DNA of 64,000 nucleotides from the NCBI RefSeq assembly GCF_009914755.1, contig NC_060926.1. One strand, given 5' to 3'. The notes beneath the pieces are model-generated. The model saw only the letters and a program-made list of their open reading frames with translations. It was not told where the DNA came from and did not search any database. Position numbers and translations under genes: made by a program. This document shows positions 42,858 to 54,600 of this stretch, piece by piece (positions within the stretch are counted from its first letter, which is position 1; every line of letters begins with the position of its first letter). This DNA comes from the human T2T-CHM13v2.0 reference genome, Homo sapiens.

Positions 42858-43995
42858 TTCCTACCTCATATCATACACAGAAATTCACCCAAAATGTATC
42901 AAAGGCCTAAATGAAAGAGTTAAAACTATAAAGCTGTTAGACAAAAACACAGGAGTAAATCTTTGTGACCTCTGATTGGGCAGTGGTTTCTAAGATATGG
43001 TACCAAAAGCACAAACAATAGATATGGTACGAAGAGCACAAAGAAAAATAGATCAAATTTACCTGATGAAAATTTAAAACTTTTATGTTTCGAAGGACAT
43101 CTTCAAGAAAGCAAAGAGACAACAGAATAAATGGGAGAAAATATTTGCCAATCACGTATCTGATAAGAGACATATCTAGACTATAGAGATAGTGTGAAGA
43201 ATTGTTACAATTCTACAACAAAAAGGTTAGTAACCCAATTTAAAAATAAGCTAAGGATCTGAATAAACATTTCTCCAAAGAAGATATATAAGTGGCCAAT
43301 AAGCACATGAAAAGATGCTCAGCGTCATTAGTCATTAGGGAAATGCAAGTCAAAACCACAATGAGACACCATTTCACAACCACTAGAAATAGCTATAATA
43401 AAAAAGACAGATAATAACAAATGCTGGAGGATGTGGAGAAATTGAAGCCTTCGTAAACTGCTGGTAGAGATGTAAAATGATGCGGCAACTTTGGAAAATA
43501 GTTTGGCAGTTCCCCAACACGTTAAACAAATAATCCAGCAATTCTACTCCTAGGTATCTATTCAAAAGAAATGAAAACATATGTCCACACAAACACTTGG
43601 GCAGGAACGTTCTTAGCCGCTTTATTCTTAATAGCAAAAAAAGTTGAAACAATGCAAACGCTCATCAATGGGTGAATGGATAAATAAAATCCACTTAACG
43701 GATTGTTATTCAGCAATAAAAAAGAAGTATTGACACATGCTACAGTGTGTATAAATCTTTAAAACATTATGCTGTGTGAAAGAAACTGGTTTTGAAAGAC
43801 CAGATATTATATGGTTTCATTTTTATGAAATGTCCATAATAGGTAAATCTATAGAGACAGAAAATGGATTAGTGACTGCCTAGGGCTGTTGAGGCAGGGA
43901 GACTGGAGAAGATGGCTAAAGAGTACAGAGTTTTCTTTGGGGGCTAGGAAAATGTTCTGAAATTGTGGTGACGGTTGCATAACTCTGTGAATGTA
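42858..43995 (+). mobile_element. L1MB/L1ME-like ORF2 end and 3'UTR
   Basis: cctacctcatatcatacacagaaatt (PYLTPYTKI), agggaaatgcaagtcaaaaccacaatgag (REMQIKTTMR), aaatctatagagacagaaa, gtggtgacggttgcataactctgtgaat. Confidence 0.9.
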
Positions 43996-44029
43996 TCTAT
44001 TTATGAGTTTCCTAGCTTATTGCATTTCT

Positions 44030-44140
44030 CAGAATGCGAGTCTCATGAGAGTAAGCACTTTATCCTCTTCACTGCTGCTCCCAGAGAGCCTACAATAGTG
44101 CCTGGCACATAGTAGGCACTCAATAAACATGTATTAAATA
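44030..44140 (+). mobile_element. L2 3' end
   Basis: aatagtgcctggcacatagtaggcactcaataaa. Confidence 0.8.
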
Positions 44141-45443
44141 CATCCTAGGGGACAGCATTGTTATAAAGACTAGAAACCAACGATGTCCGCAGAGCATATA
44201 ACAGGCACCTGGAATATGAACCCACAGTAAAAGCAAAATTTGAATACTTCTTGAACAGAATAAATATCTTAGATTGAATCATTTTATTCATTGGCAAAAA
44301 CAGTTTTTGTAAAGAGATTTCTTTGATAACTGAGAGTTTGCTGTGTTATTAAATGTTTTAATGAAGTGTCCTCTCATAGAAATTGTTGTATCTAAACACA
44401 CTGGAGCCTCATCTTAATTTTAACTTTGCTAATTAAGTTATACAAAAAGATTTGCAGACAGGATTTCAACGAAGACCAACAGCAGTTCCTGCTTGGTACA
44501 CAGTATACATTTGATTCTTCTTATACTTTTTAATGATTTTGTAGATAACCAGGCAAATCATGCTGATTGTATAATCCAGTGCTAATAATTATCTTCATGG
44601 AATTTATAGTCAATTTTCTAAGGAATCCAGCTATCAGAGAAACATCTGTTTGTCCCTCTTCTGTGATTTGTTTCTTGCTTTTAATTCACTACTGAAACCA
44701 AAATGCCATTTAAACTACTTTTTATTCAAAATTCCACATTGCTCATGCAATGGGATATTGGGCTGTCTCACCTAATGTAATTCTACAAAGCTATTTATAG
44801 CTGCTGCAGTATCTGAAAGACATAAAAATGGTTATTCCCGGGAGTCTGCCTTGAAAAAACAAACACTAAGATAGCTGGTAAAGTTTGGGAATTGACCACA
44901 AGGTCAAAATACAAATATATTTAACACCTAAAGTATCCCACACAATCCTTTATTGAGTTCAGAATTTTTTTAATGAATTTCTCAGTAATCCCCAAACTCG
45001 AGTCATTTGAATCACATTTCCTTATTTTACAGCAAGTATTTGCACTGCTCCATTTTGTTCCAGGCAAAAGTAAATTTTTTCCCCTTCCCTCTGTAAAAGG
45101 GCTCTTCAAAAAACTATGTAGACATCACACAAAAGAGAATCAACAATAAACTCCATGTAATTACTGTTAACCAAATAGGTCATTAATTGTTGGAAGTAAT
45201 GTATGTTTTAAAAATCTATATTTACATTTAAAAAATATTTTGCAAGTGTGACCAGGCTTTTTGAAAGGTACTTGTTTTTCTATATTAAATGTACAATAAT
45301 TGAGAGCGACATAATCAAAAACATCTTCATGGCTTGTAATAAAAAACTGAATATTTCCAATAAAATGGCTGTGTCGAAAGCTAGTTATGTTTTGGTTTTC
45401 TGCTCTCTTGCTAGGGTTGTCATGCTAAAGGAAATATATTTAC

Positions 45444-45604
45444 CTGGGCTCTGGGAAGTGGTGGTCTGGCCAGTGGCCCCGGTGGTGGCTGCAGTTGCAT
45501 GAATGGTGTTTACACTGTAGTGATGGTGTCTGCGTCACCTCCAGCGGACAAGCTCTACCCACACCCAGATTCATCAACAACGGCTGTGGTTCTTCTGGAA
45601 GGAT
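45444..45604 (-). other. Candidate internal exon (161 nt) of an unidentified, probably non-coding, minus-strand transcript
   Basis: Minus strand cttcctccttttccctgttttcctctctag|ATCCTTCC...GAGCCCAG|gtaaat; GC-richer than flanks, no repeat recognised. Confidence 0.5.
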
Positions 45605-47033
45605 CTAGAGAGGAAAACAGGGAAAAGGAGGAAGCTCAAAACAGAAATGAATATTAATCCACATCCAAAGATTTAAAATAATAATGTAAAAACCAGTGTG
45701 GGAATCCAAAGTCCTACTCAGACTTTCTCCTATTTAGCTATTTTCCACTTATTCAAGCAACATTCAAATGAGAATCAGAGAAGCTCCAATTTAAGTCACT
45801 TCAGCTTTGTAAATACCAGGAACAGATGGAATAGAATACCTAGAACCCTTAGTCTTCCTTCCCAGCTTGGCAAAAGATCACATGCTCCTGTGACCAAAAT
45901 TATATTCTAAATTTTGACCTATTGTGAGAGACTATCTAGCTCTTTAAAATATTAAGAATTATACCTTGTCTACTGCACATTTGCTACAATGCTCTCAATT
46001 GAATCTGATGATACTTCAATTTGAAAGTACTATTAAGTCATGGGCAAGCATCCTTTCTTTAGATTTAATATTCTGCAACCACACTCTGTCTCTTCTGCTT
46101 GGAGACCAGAGTCCTCTGAGTCCCAAAAAGGATTTCAGTTCACGTCTTTCTTGCAATGTTTGCAAGATTTCTCTGACCCTTTCCTAAAATGATTTGCACC
46201 CATACTCCAGCTTTAAATGAAGGCACTGCTAAACCCGTGCTTCATTTCCTTTTCCATCCTAGTGCCCAACAGCGATTTAATCTCTAATCCCTCTGTCTCA
46301 GTGGTTCTACCAGGTGGAGGAGGACTTGAGTTGGCCTATGTTCACCATCCTAAGGTTCACCACACTGAGGTTCTCCACTACCCAATGGCAGCTCCTTACC
46401 TCAACAAGGGAAGTTTATTCCCCCAGCCGTGACCCCGGCACCTCTCCACACCATGTATCCTGTCTAGTGAGTGAGTTGCCTTGTCTTCTAATGTGAATAC
46501 TCCTCTCCTGCACCTTAGAAAAAACTTCTGCATTTTGTTCCTTGTTCATTTTCATTGTACATGCTTTTTATCGCCTTCTCTACTGCCCTACAACTAAGCA
46601 AGGAGAGTTAAACTATAACAACAATAAAAAATAAAATTGGAAAGAGAATTACTTCTTCCTTCCACTCATAGAAATTGAACATCAAAATCGCAGGGATTTC
46701 AGGAGAAAAAAAAAAGTTAATCTCATAGAATGTATTGATGTCAGGGGTGTGCAGGGAAGTGGAGAGGATAGATGCCCCCATCCTCTGACCTTCAAGGTCG
46801 TAGTTATTCCAAATTCTAAAAATATATACTCACCTGAACAGTTTGTGTTTAACCACTAAAATTATGCAATGTTCCTCTTTAACTGTAATCATGAATTTTG
46901 CCACAAATTCTTTTTTGTCTGAAGTAAATGTTGTTGTAATAATTAGATCTATTTCTGTTCTTTTATTTCCAATATTTCTATATGATTTTGTTTCATATAA
47001 GCAGAAGATAGCTTTAAAAAAAAAATTCACTCT

Positions 47034-47329
<296 letters not shown>

Positions 47330-48200
47330 TTCATCTGCTAGTGTCAATCTTGTAATAAATGGGTTTAATTTATAACATTTATTGCAATTTCTGATATATT
47401 TGGAACTAGTTTTACTGCAATTCTTTTCTTTGTACCTTTTTTCTTTACTTCTAATGCTAATTTGTTTGATAAAGCTTTCTATATTTCTCTTTTAAATTAA
47501 CCTCAGAATATTAACTACAAATGTTTCTGATAAGATCAATGGTTATTTGATGTCTCTATTTCCTTTCTGAAAAAGACAGGGGACTTAGCTCACGTTAACT
47601 ACACACTGAACAACAATCTGTTTTACATTAAAGGGTGTTCTGACACACAAAGGGTGTTTGTCAATTACATTATCAGTTTTACTATTATTTTTTTCCATCC
47701 AACTCCTCTCAATTTTATTTTTCTTCTTGGAGAAGTCATTAGGAATTTTTCTCAATGAGGTGTGTAAGTATTAAACCCTATCTTCACACTTCTGAATTTT
47801 AAAAAATATTTCTCTTTTTATTGATTAATAAATTAGCTGGTTATAGAATTCAGGGTTGATAGCACTGAAGAAATTCAGCCTTTGTCTTCTGGTATCATTT
47901 ATTGCCAGTGAGAAGCCAACTGTCGAACTTAAGTTAAAGTATCTTTCCTTTCTGGTGGTCTCTTTTATGTGATTCTGTTTCACTGTGATATCTCTAAATG
48001 AAGATTTATTTTCTCCTTATTTTAAAATTTTTGGTTTTGTTTTTTGGAAGGGCATTTTTAATCTAAGGACACATCTCTTTAATCAATGCTGAAAAAATTT
48101 TAGCAGTCATTTTATCTAATATTACTTCACCATTTCTTCTTTTTTCCTTTTCTGGAAGTCCTGATTGACCTACTTTAGAGCCTTTTGACCTATCTTCTAT
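47330..48200 (-). mobile_element. Highly degenerate L1ME-like sequence
   Basis: ttagctggttatagaattcagggttgat...tgtcttctggtatc...gagaagcc...aatgctgaaaaaattttagcagtcattt resembles reverse L1M ORF1 region. Confidence 0.55.
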
Positions 48201-48210
48201 AAGTTCATAA

Positions 48211-48254
48211 ATTTACATTTATATAAATTTAAATAAATTTATATAAATGTAAAT
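48211..48254. repeat. Perfect inverted repeat, 21-bp arms, 2-nt spacer
   Basis: atttacatttatataaattta-aa-taaatttatataaatgtaaat. Confidence 0.95.
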
Positions 48255-48365
48255 ATATATATTTTCTTCACAGTAAATTAATTATAGAAATATAGAGAGA
48301 ATATCTATCTACCTATCTCTCTATATGTATGTATATATATACATGTATGTATGGGTACATAGAAA

Positions 48366-48377
48366 TAGATGATAGAT

Positions 48378-48420
<43 letters not shown>

Positions 48421-48424
48421 GATA
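48366..48424. repeat. (GATA)n tetranucleotide STR
   Basis: 10 perfect GATA units from 48378 plus GAT-interrupted units. Confidence 0.97.
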
Positions 48425-48718
48425 CAAAGATAGGAGTAATCTGAATGAAATCCTCAGTACTATCTCTCAATTTTATATTTCCTTGTGAACGTGTCCAATA
48501 TAGAATTTACTTCAATATAGTATTTTTTTTGTGAATTACTACTTTTTTTCCCAAGATTTCCAACTTGTTATTTTACACAAATACATTTTGTTTAACTTCT
48601 GTCTTTTGTAATGTATTATTCTTGTTACACATGTTGTTCTTTCATTTTATTATGATTCATAAGCATACTGAAATCTTTTCCAGCATAGTCCTATTATTAT
48701 GATTTTTATCTATTGTGA

Positions 48719-49082
<364 letters not shown>

Positions 49083-49719
49083 TAGAATTCTTTAACACAG
49101 TTCGAAATTTTGATTTGTAGCATCATGTGTAAAATATTTGATTTTATTGTGTGCAGTTCACCCCCTTTCTTGCTCTTTCTTAGTGTAGAGCATTTTTTTT
49201 TTTTTTGGCGTTCTAAGTGACATCCCTGTAACCTTGACTCCAGGACCAGTGTTACAGTGGTCACAGGAGCTTCTTGCCTTGCAATGATATTTGAAATACA
49301 CTTTTCAGGGAATAGCTTCTCCTGGTTCTTGATACTAGAATGGTACCAATGTCTTCTTTCTTTTTGGGCACATAGCTTCGCAAGACCATAGTCCCTGAGA
49401 GTAGCAGGGACCAGGTTTTTCCCTTTTCTTTCACCAACCTGGGAGGTCCACTCTAGACCTTTTTCAAGCAGTAATCCCAATTTTCCGCCCCTAATTTGCT
49501 TGAAGTATCTTTGGGCCCTGTTAACTACAGTAGCAAAATTTTGTTCATTCTTACACACTTTAGACTTGAAGTCCAATAGGAATCCCAATTAGCCTGAGAA
49601 CTTTGCAATTGTGTTTCTTTGCTGGTCTGCTAGGAGACTTATCCTGTTATTGAGCAATATTCTCTCTGAGTTTTGTTTTTTTTTTTTCTATCACTGATAG
49701 ACATTTGTTTGTCTGGCTT

Positions 49720-49946
49720 CAGTGACACAGGAGTTCAGAGTAGCAGCTCTGGAGTCAGGTTGTTTCAGTTCAAATATCAGCTTAATCACACACCACCTAC
49801 ATGAACCTGGGAAAATTACTCAATCTCTGTTTATCTCACCTTCCTCAACTATAAAATGGAAATAATTATTGCTGCAAGATTAAATGAGATGACACATACA
49901 AAGCGCTAAAACACCGTAAGTGGTCATTGCATGCTAGTTGTGATAT
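49720..49946 (+). mobile_element. MIR SINE
   Basis: gctctggagtcag...cctgggaaaattactcaatctct...cttcctcaactataaaatgga...gattaaatgagat. Confidence 0.75.
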
Positions 49947-49999
49947 TGAGAACACAATTAGGTAACAGTCTTGACACAGAAGTTTGATAGCATAGAATT

Positions 50000-50510
50000 T
50001 CAGTCATAAAAAAGAAAGAAATTCCGTCACTTGTGGCAACATGGATGAACCTGCAGAATGTTATGTTAAATGAAATAAGTCAGGCACAAAAAAACAAGTA
50101 CACTATTTCATTCATATGTGGAATCTAAAGAATTTGCTCTCATAGAAGTGGAGAGTAGGATGGTGGTTCCCAGAGGCTGGGAAGGATAAGGTGGAAGAGG
50201 GCATGCGGAGACACTGGCCAGTGGTACAAAGTTATAGTTAGAGAGGAGGAATAACTTCGGGTGTTCTATCAGTTCTATTGCACAGTAGGGTAGGGTGATG
50301 ATAGTTAACAATAATGTATATTTCAAAATAGCTAGAAGAGAGGATTTTGAATGTTCTCACCACAAATAAATAATAAATATATGAGGTGATGGATATGTTA
50401 AATACCCTGATTTGAATTTTTATACAGTATATACATGTATTGAAACATCACACTGCACCCCATAAATATTTACAATGATTATGTGTCAATTAAAAACAAA
50501 AATAAAAGAA
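50000..50510 (+). mobile_element. L1MA-like 5'-truncated 3' end
   Basis: gcaacatggatgaacctg, catagaagtggagagtaggatggtggtt, ttcaaaatagctagaagagagg, tgaggtgatggatatgtta, A-rich tail; possible TSD agaattt. Confidence 0.9.
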
Positions 50511-51204
50511 GAATTTGTTAAGGAAAGCACAAAAGAAAGCAAGTACCAGAGGAAAAAGGATTAGTTTTCTGATATTAATTTTTCCATTTTTTCCTAATGC
50601 ATATATCCCTACATAGTTTTTTCTTCCATACTGCCAATGCTAGCAATTTTTATAGACTGGTAGATCATTTTGTAGATACTTTCTATGTAATCTGATTTTC
50701 TTGTTTAGCAATATATTATGAGCTCTTTCCTAATAGACTAAAATAAGACTAAAATAGTTGTTTTCACTATTGTTAATAACACTGTTTGAATATTTGGGGA
50801 CATACAATCAGGGCATTTGAGGTAATATTCTTCTGAAAGTGACATAACAGGATCTGTTTCAGGACTTATGAAACATACTGACAAAATTGTCTTACAAAAC
50901 ATTTTCCACTTTATATTTCTACATTTTAACTTCAAATTCTCCCATCTCAAAATATCTTGAGATGGGAGTAAATCTTGAGATCAACAAAATGAAAATATAA
51001 GCAAAAGGAAAAATAAAACCCTGAGGAGTTAGCACTGTTGAAATCAGTAATGCTATTTCCCATTCCTGCCTATAGTTGCAGAAATACAACAATGCTGGAG
51101 TAGTACTTAACAGCAATAAATCTATTTTCACATGAAGAGGAAAAATTGTTTCATAATTAATTAAGATGTGAAATTTCTCCACTTTTCAAATTAAGAACGT
51201 AGTG

Positions 51205-51398
51205 CGGCTTTGTCCAATAGAACTTTGTGTAATGATGGAACTGTTTTACATTTATGCTGTCTAGCATGGTAACCACATGTAGCTAGTGAGCAGTTAAGAC
51301 ATGGCCAATGCTACTGAATTGTTTGTTATATTTAATTTTAAATAATTAAAATTTAATCAGCCACATGTGTCTAATGCCTACCATCCTGAACAGCTCAG
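51205..51398 (+). mobile_element. MER3 hAT-Charlie MITE
   Basis: tgtccaatagaacttt...atgatggaa...atttaattttaaataattaaaatttaatcagccacatgtg...ctaccatcctgaacagctcag. Confidence 0.8.
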
Positions 51399-53199
51399 CA
51401 GACTCAGAGTGTTAATGAAACAAGCAAGAAATTAACATCAACAAGAGGTAGAAGTCATTTTGTATAAGATAATGGATCTTTTAATGTATCTTAATAAGTC
51501 AAATAAATAATCAAATGATTTGTGATATAAAACAATACTTAACCATTCTTCAATGTACCATGTCTCCCCAAAAAATACTTTCTTCCCCCAAAATACTACA
51601 TAGCATTTATACTGCTGCTCTTTCTGAACTATATCTTTAGGAACAAGAAGAAATAATGAAAAAGCAAAATGATAAAGTGGATTTATTAAGAGATTACACA
51701 TTTCATCCTGTAGGTTATGTAATAATATGACTCCCAAGTCAGGATAAAACTCACTTATAGTATAGTTGATTTATTACAGTAAATATGTATATAAAGTAGA
51801 CTCACAGTTTACTTAGAGGTTAAGACTTTAGCTCAAGTGAAAAACAAGATAATCTAAAGCACCTTGAAAAAAGGTTCTTTACATCCTCTATAAAATAATG
51901 TATGGTACTAACTTTCAATAAATTTACCACAGACCACATTTTCCTGCCAGATTGGAATAAATTATCACTTCTGAGGCTCTAGCTGTCTTCTGTTGAAACA
52001 GCATGCTGTGGGAATAGCATATCTGGATGGAAACTCACCAGAATCCCACTCGGAGGAGAGGTGTCCATGCTCTGGAGCCACAGGAACTGTGGACATTTGA
52101 AGAGCAACGGTCTTAGGCCCCCTCATTCCACTCAGCCCATGGCAATACCATCAAGTGGCAGGCAGACGGGGGCTTTGTCCCATTTCAGTTCTCTCTCTCT
52201 CTCTCAATTTCTCTCAGAATTCATGAAGTTGAATTCCAGCAAGTTGTATGTTCATGCAATACTCCATTATAATGTATTTGGAGAAAAATAATATCAATAG
52301 AAATGGATAAAAACTAAAGTCTTTGGCCCTAATTATGTACATTTCAGTTACCCAGAAAATTCAAACCTTCTTTTTTTTTTTAACCATACTGGTAATTAAG
52401 GTTTTAGACTATTCTTGAAATCACAAGAAAAATAGAGTAAGAATGTTAGCTCATCTCTGAGCACAATAACCATCTACAAAAAGACTGATCGATTGGAAGT
52501 GTGTCCTAATTAAGGTGTCAACACAATTTGTCCACCATAGTCGGGCTCCAGAGTCCATCTACTGTGACACATCTCCCTTCTCTATCTGTGTCTATTTTGG
52601 TGCCTTATCGGAGTTATCTGAATGATGCAGTTACTTCTGCGCTATAGCAGAAATAAATAAAAGCATTGACTAGCATTATACGTCTGCTTAGGGGGAGTCC
52701 TGATTTAAAATAAAATAATTCCAAATATGTTAGGCAAGAGGATAGAACACAACCAAATCTATAATTTCATTATGTTTAACTCATTCTAAATAATAGTATA
52801 TGATATTTATTTTTTTAACTTTCATATAAATACTTTTCTCTCTTTGACCTACTCATCCTTCAATTTTTCATTATGGAACTCAGAGCGATAATACTAATAG
52901 GACCAAAATGTACTAAGTACTTAACATAACTTACAAGGTCATGATCTTGACCTTCAGAAAAATATCTATACTCTTCACGTGTAAGTTCTTTTGAATCCTA
53001 TGTTGAACCCTCTAACAAAAATACTTTTCTACATTGACTAGAACTGGTTGCTTCTATATTATTTGATAAGAAGACTTGTGTTTTTACTTCAGGATGAGGT
53101 AATTTTTTCATTTCGAATTATTATTTGATTTTCTTCCCATATCATTCCATTTTGAACCAACAAATAAGCAAATTGCCTTGTTTATTAATATTACCTAAA

Positions 53200-53470
53200 G
53201 ACCTGGGTCCACTGCTTGTGTGTTTCTCCATTCCACCCATGCTGTTGACTTATCCCTTGTAAAGCAATTTCATAATTCTCAACTCTTCTTTGTTTCTTCT
53301 GATTAGTGTTTGTGCTTTCCCATCTCTCTAGTGTGGGATTGCCATTGTACCACATTTGACACATGTTGCTTTCATTTATCCTGTCATCATCCATAGTCTG
53401 AGAACTGATATATTTAGAGAATTGCTTTTTTACTGTTTGCCTGCCTTCTTCCCACAAGTCTTCTGCAATA
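53200..53470 (-). mobile_element. Possible ancient RTE-clade (L4/RTE-X-like) LINE relic
   Basis: Minus-strand peptide VKKQFSKYISSQTMDDDRI resembles the non-LTR RT motif V..F.YLGS.I..DG; short and degenerate. Confidence 0.3.
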
Positions 53471-54282
53471 TGATTTTCTCTCCCCTGCAGTCAGAATACA
53501 GTGAGTAATCACAAAAGACCCTTCTGGAATCAGTACTGTTCCTCTCACTGATCCTCTGGAGAGTTTCTGGCTCTAAAGGAAATGCCTGATTGCGATCCCA
53601 GTTTGTTCCGACCATCATATGGTCCGCGCTTTTGTACACAGACTGAGGCTGCAGATGGGAGGACAAAGCTTCATATTAATGTGGACCCTGTAGCAGTTTT
53701 TGAATCATGTTGGACGTTTTGCAAAGTCAAGTATACCTTTACTTCTAAGTCCTTTTTCCTAAGCACCCAAAATGTGTTTTGATGTATTACCATCTTTGTC
53801 TCCTACTTTCCTAACCTTCTATTTGAGGGGAGAGTAAGGGGTAATATGTATTTATGAATAACACATACATATTTGTGTATCCCACCTTAACTGAAAAAAT
53901 TGGGATCGTTTCTCTTCCACATCCCTTTTCTGTTGAAGTCATCTAGTAAGATGATTTTGCCACAGGAGGCCCCCAAAATTGTCAGTTGATCCAATGGATA
54001 TACTTTTGAATTCTCACTATAAACCAAGCCGTGGAGATAAAACAGCACATGGTTACTACATGAAGTCATTCACAGACATGTCACAGGCTGGGAATGACAC
54101 AAGGAATGCTGGAGTCAAAAACCACCGTCAATATTTTTCAGTAAGCATTAAAGGATCAAGAGTCAAGCCCATAGACATAAGTTAGAGGGCGTCTACTAAC
54201 TAATCCTCTCTCTCCCATACCTCTTAGCAATCAAGTTGATAAGGATTCTAGTATCGTTAGAAGAAAATCAGTTAGAAAAGAA

Positions 54283-54353
54283 TCCAAGTCCACAAATAGC
54301 ATGGCTAGCTAAGCAAGCCCATCTTCCAAGTCCACAAATAGCATGGCTAGCTA
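54283..54353. repeat. Exact 29-bp direct repeat with 13-bp spacer
   Basis: tccaagtccacaaatagcatggctagcta at 54283-54311 and 54325-54353. Confidence 0.97.
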
Positions 54354-54459
54354 GCTAAGTGTCCTTAGACCTTAGTATCTGTACCAAAAAAAAATGCAAC
54401 CAAACCTTATATTTATATTATCACTGTTGCTCTTTCTGGGAATTACAGCTCAACCAAAC

Positions 54460-54600
54460 AACTTCCTATCTCTGTAGCCTCTGGTAATTTACTTAATCGC
54501 TCAGAATTGGTTTTCTCATAGACTTGCTACAAAGATTAAATGAGATAGTCCTTATGATAGGCCCAGAGTAAGAGCTCGATAAGTGAGTATTGTTCTTGCT
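54460..54600 (+). mobile_element. MIR fragment
   Basis: tggtaatttacttaat...ttttctcat...agattaaatgagata...gtaagagctcgataagtg. Confidence 0.55.

Noticed and set aside
46341-46380. Degenerate 15-bp periodicity (gttcacca...)
   Set aside because: Under three poorly matching units; chance or trivial slippage
54283-54353. Repeat-spacer-repeat resembling a CRISPR unit
   Set aside because: Only two repeats, 13-bp spacer, primate DNA, no cas genes
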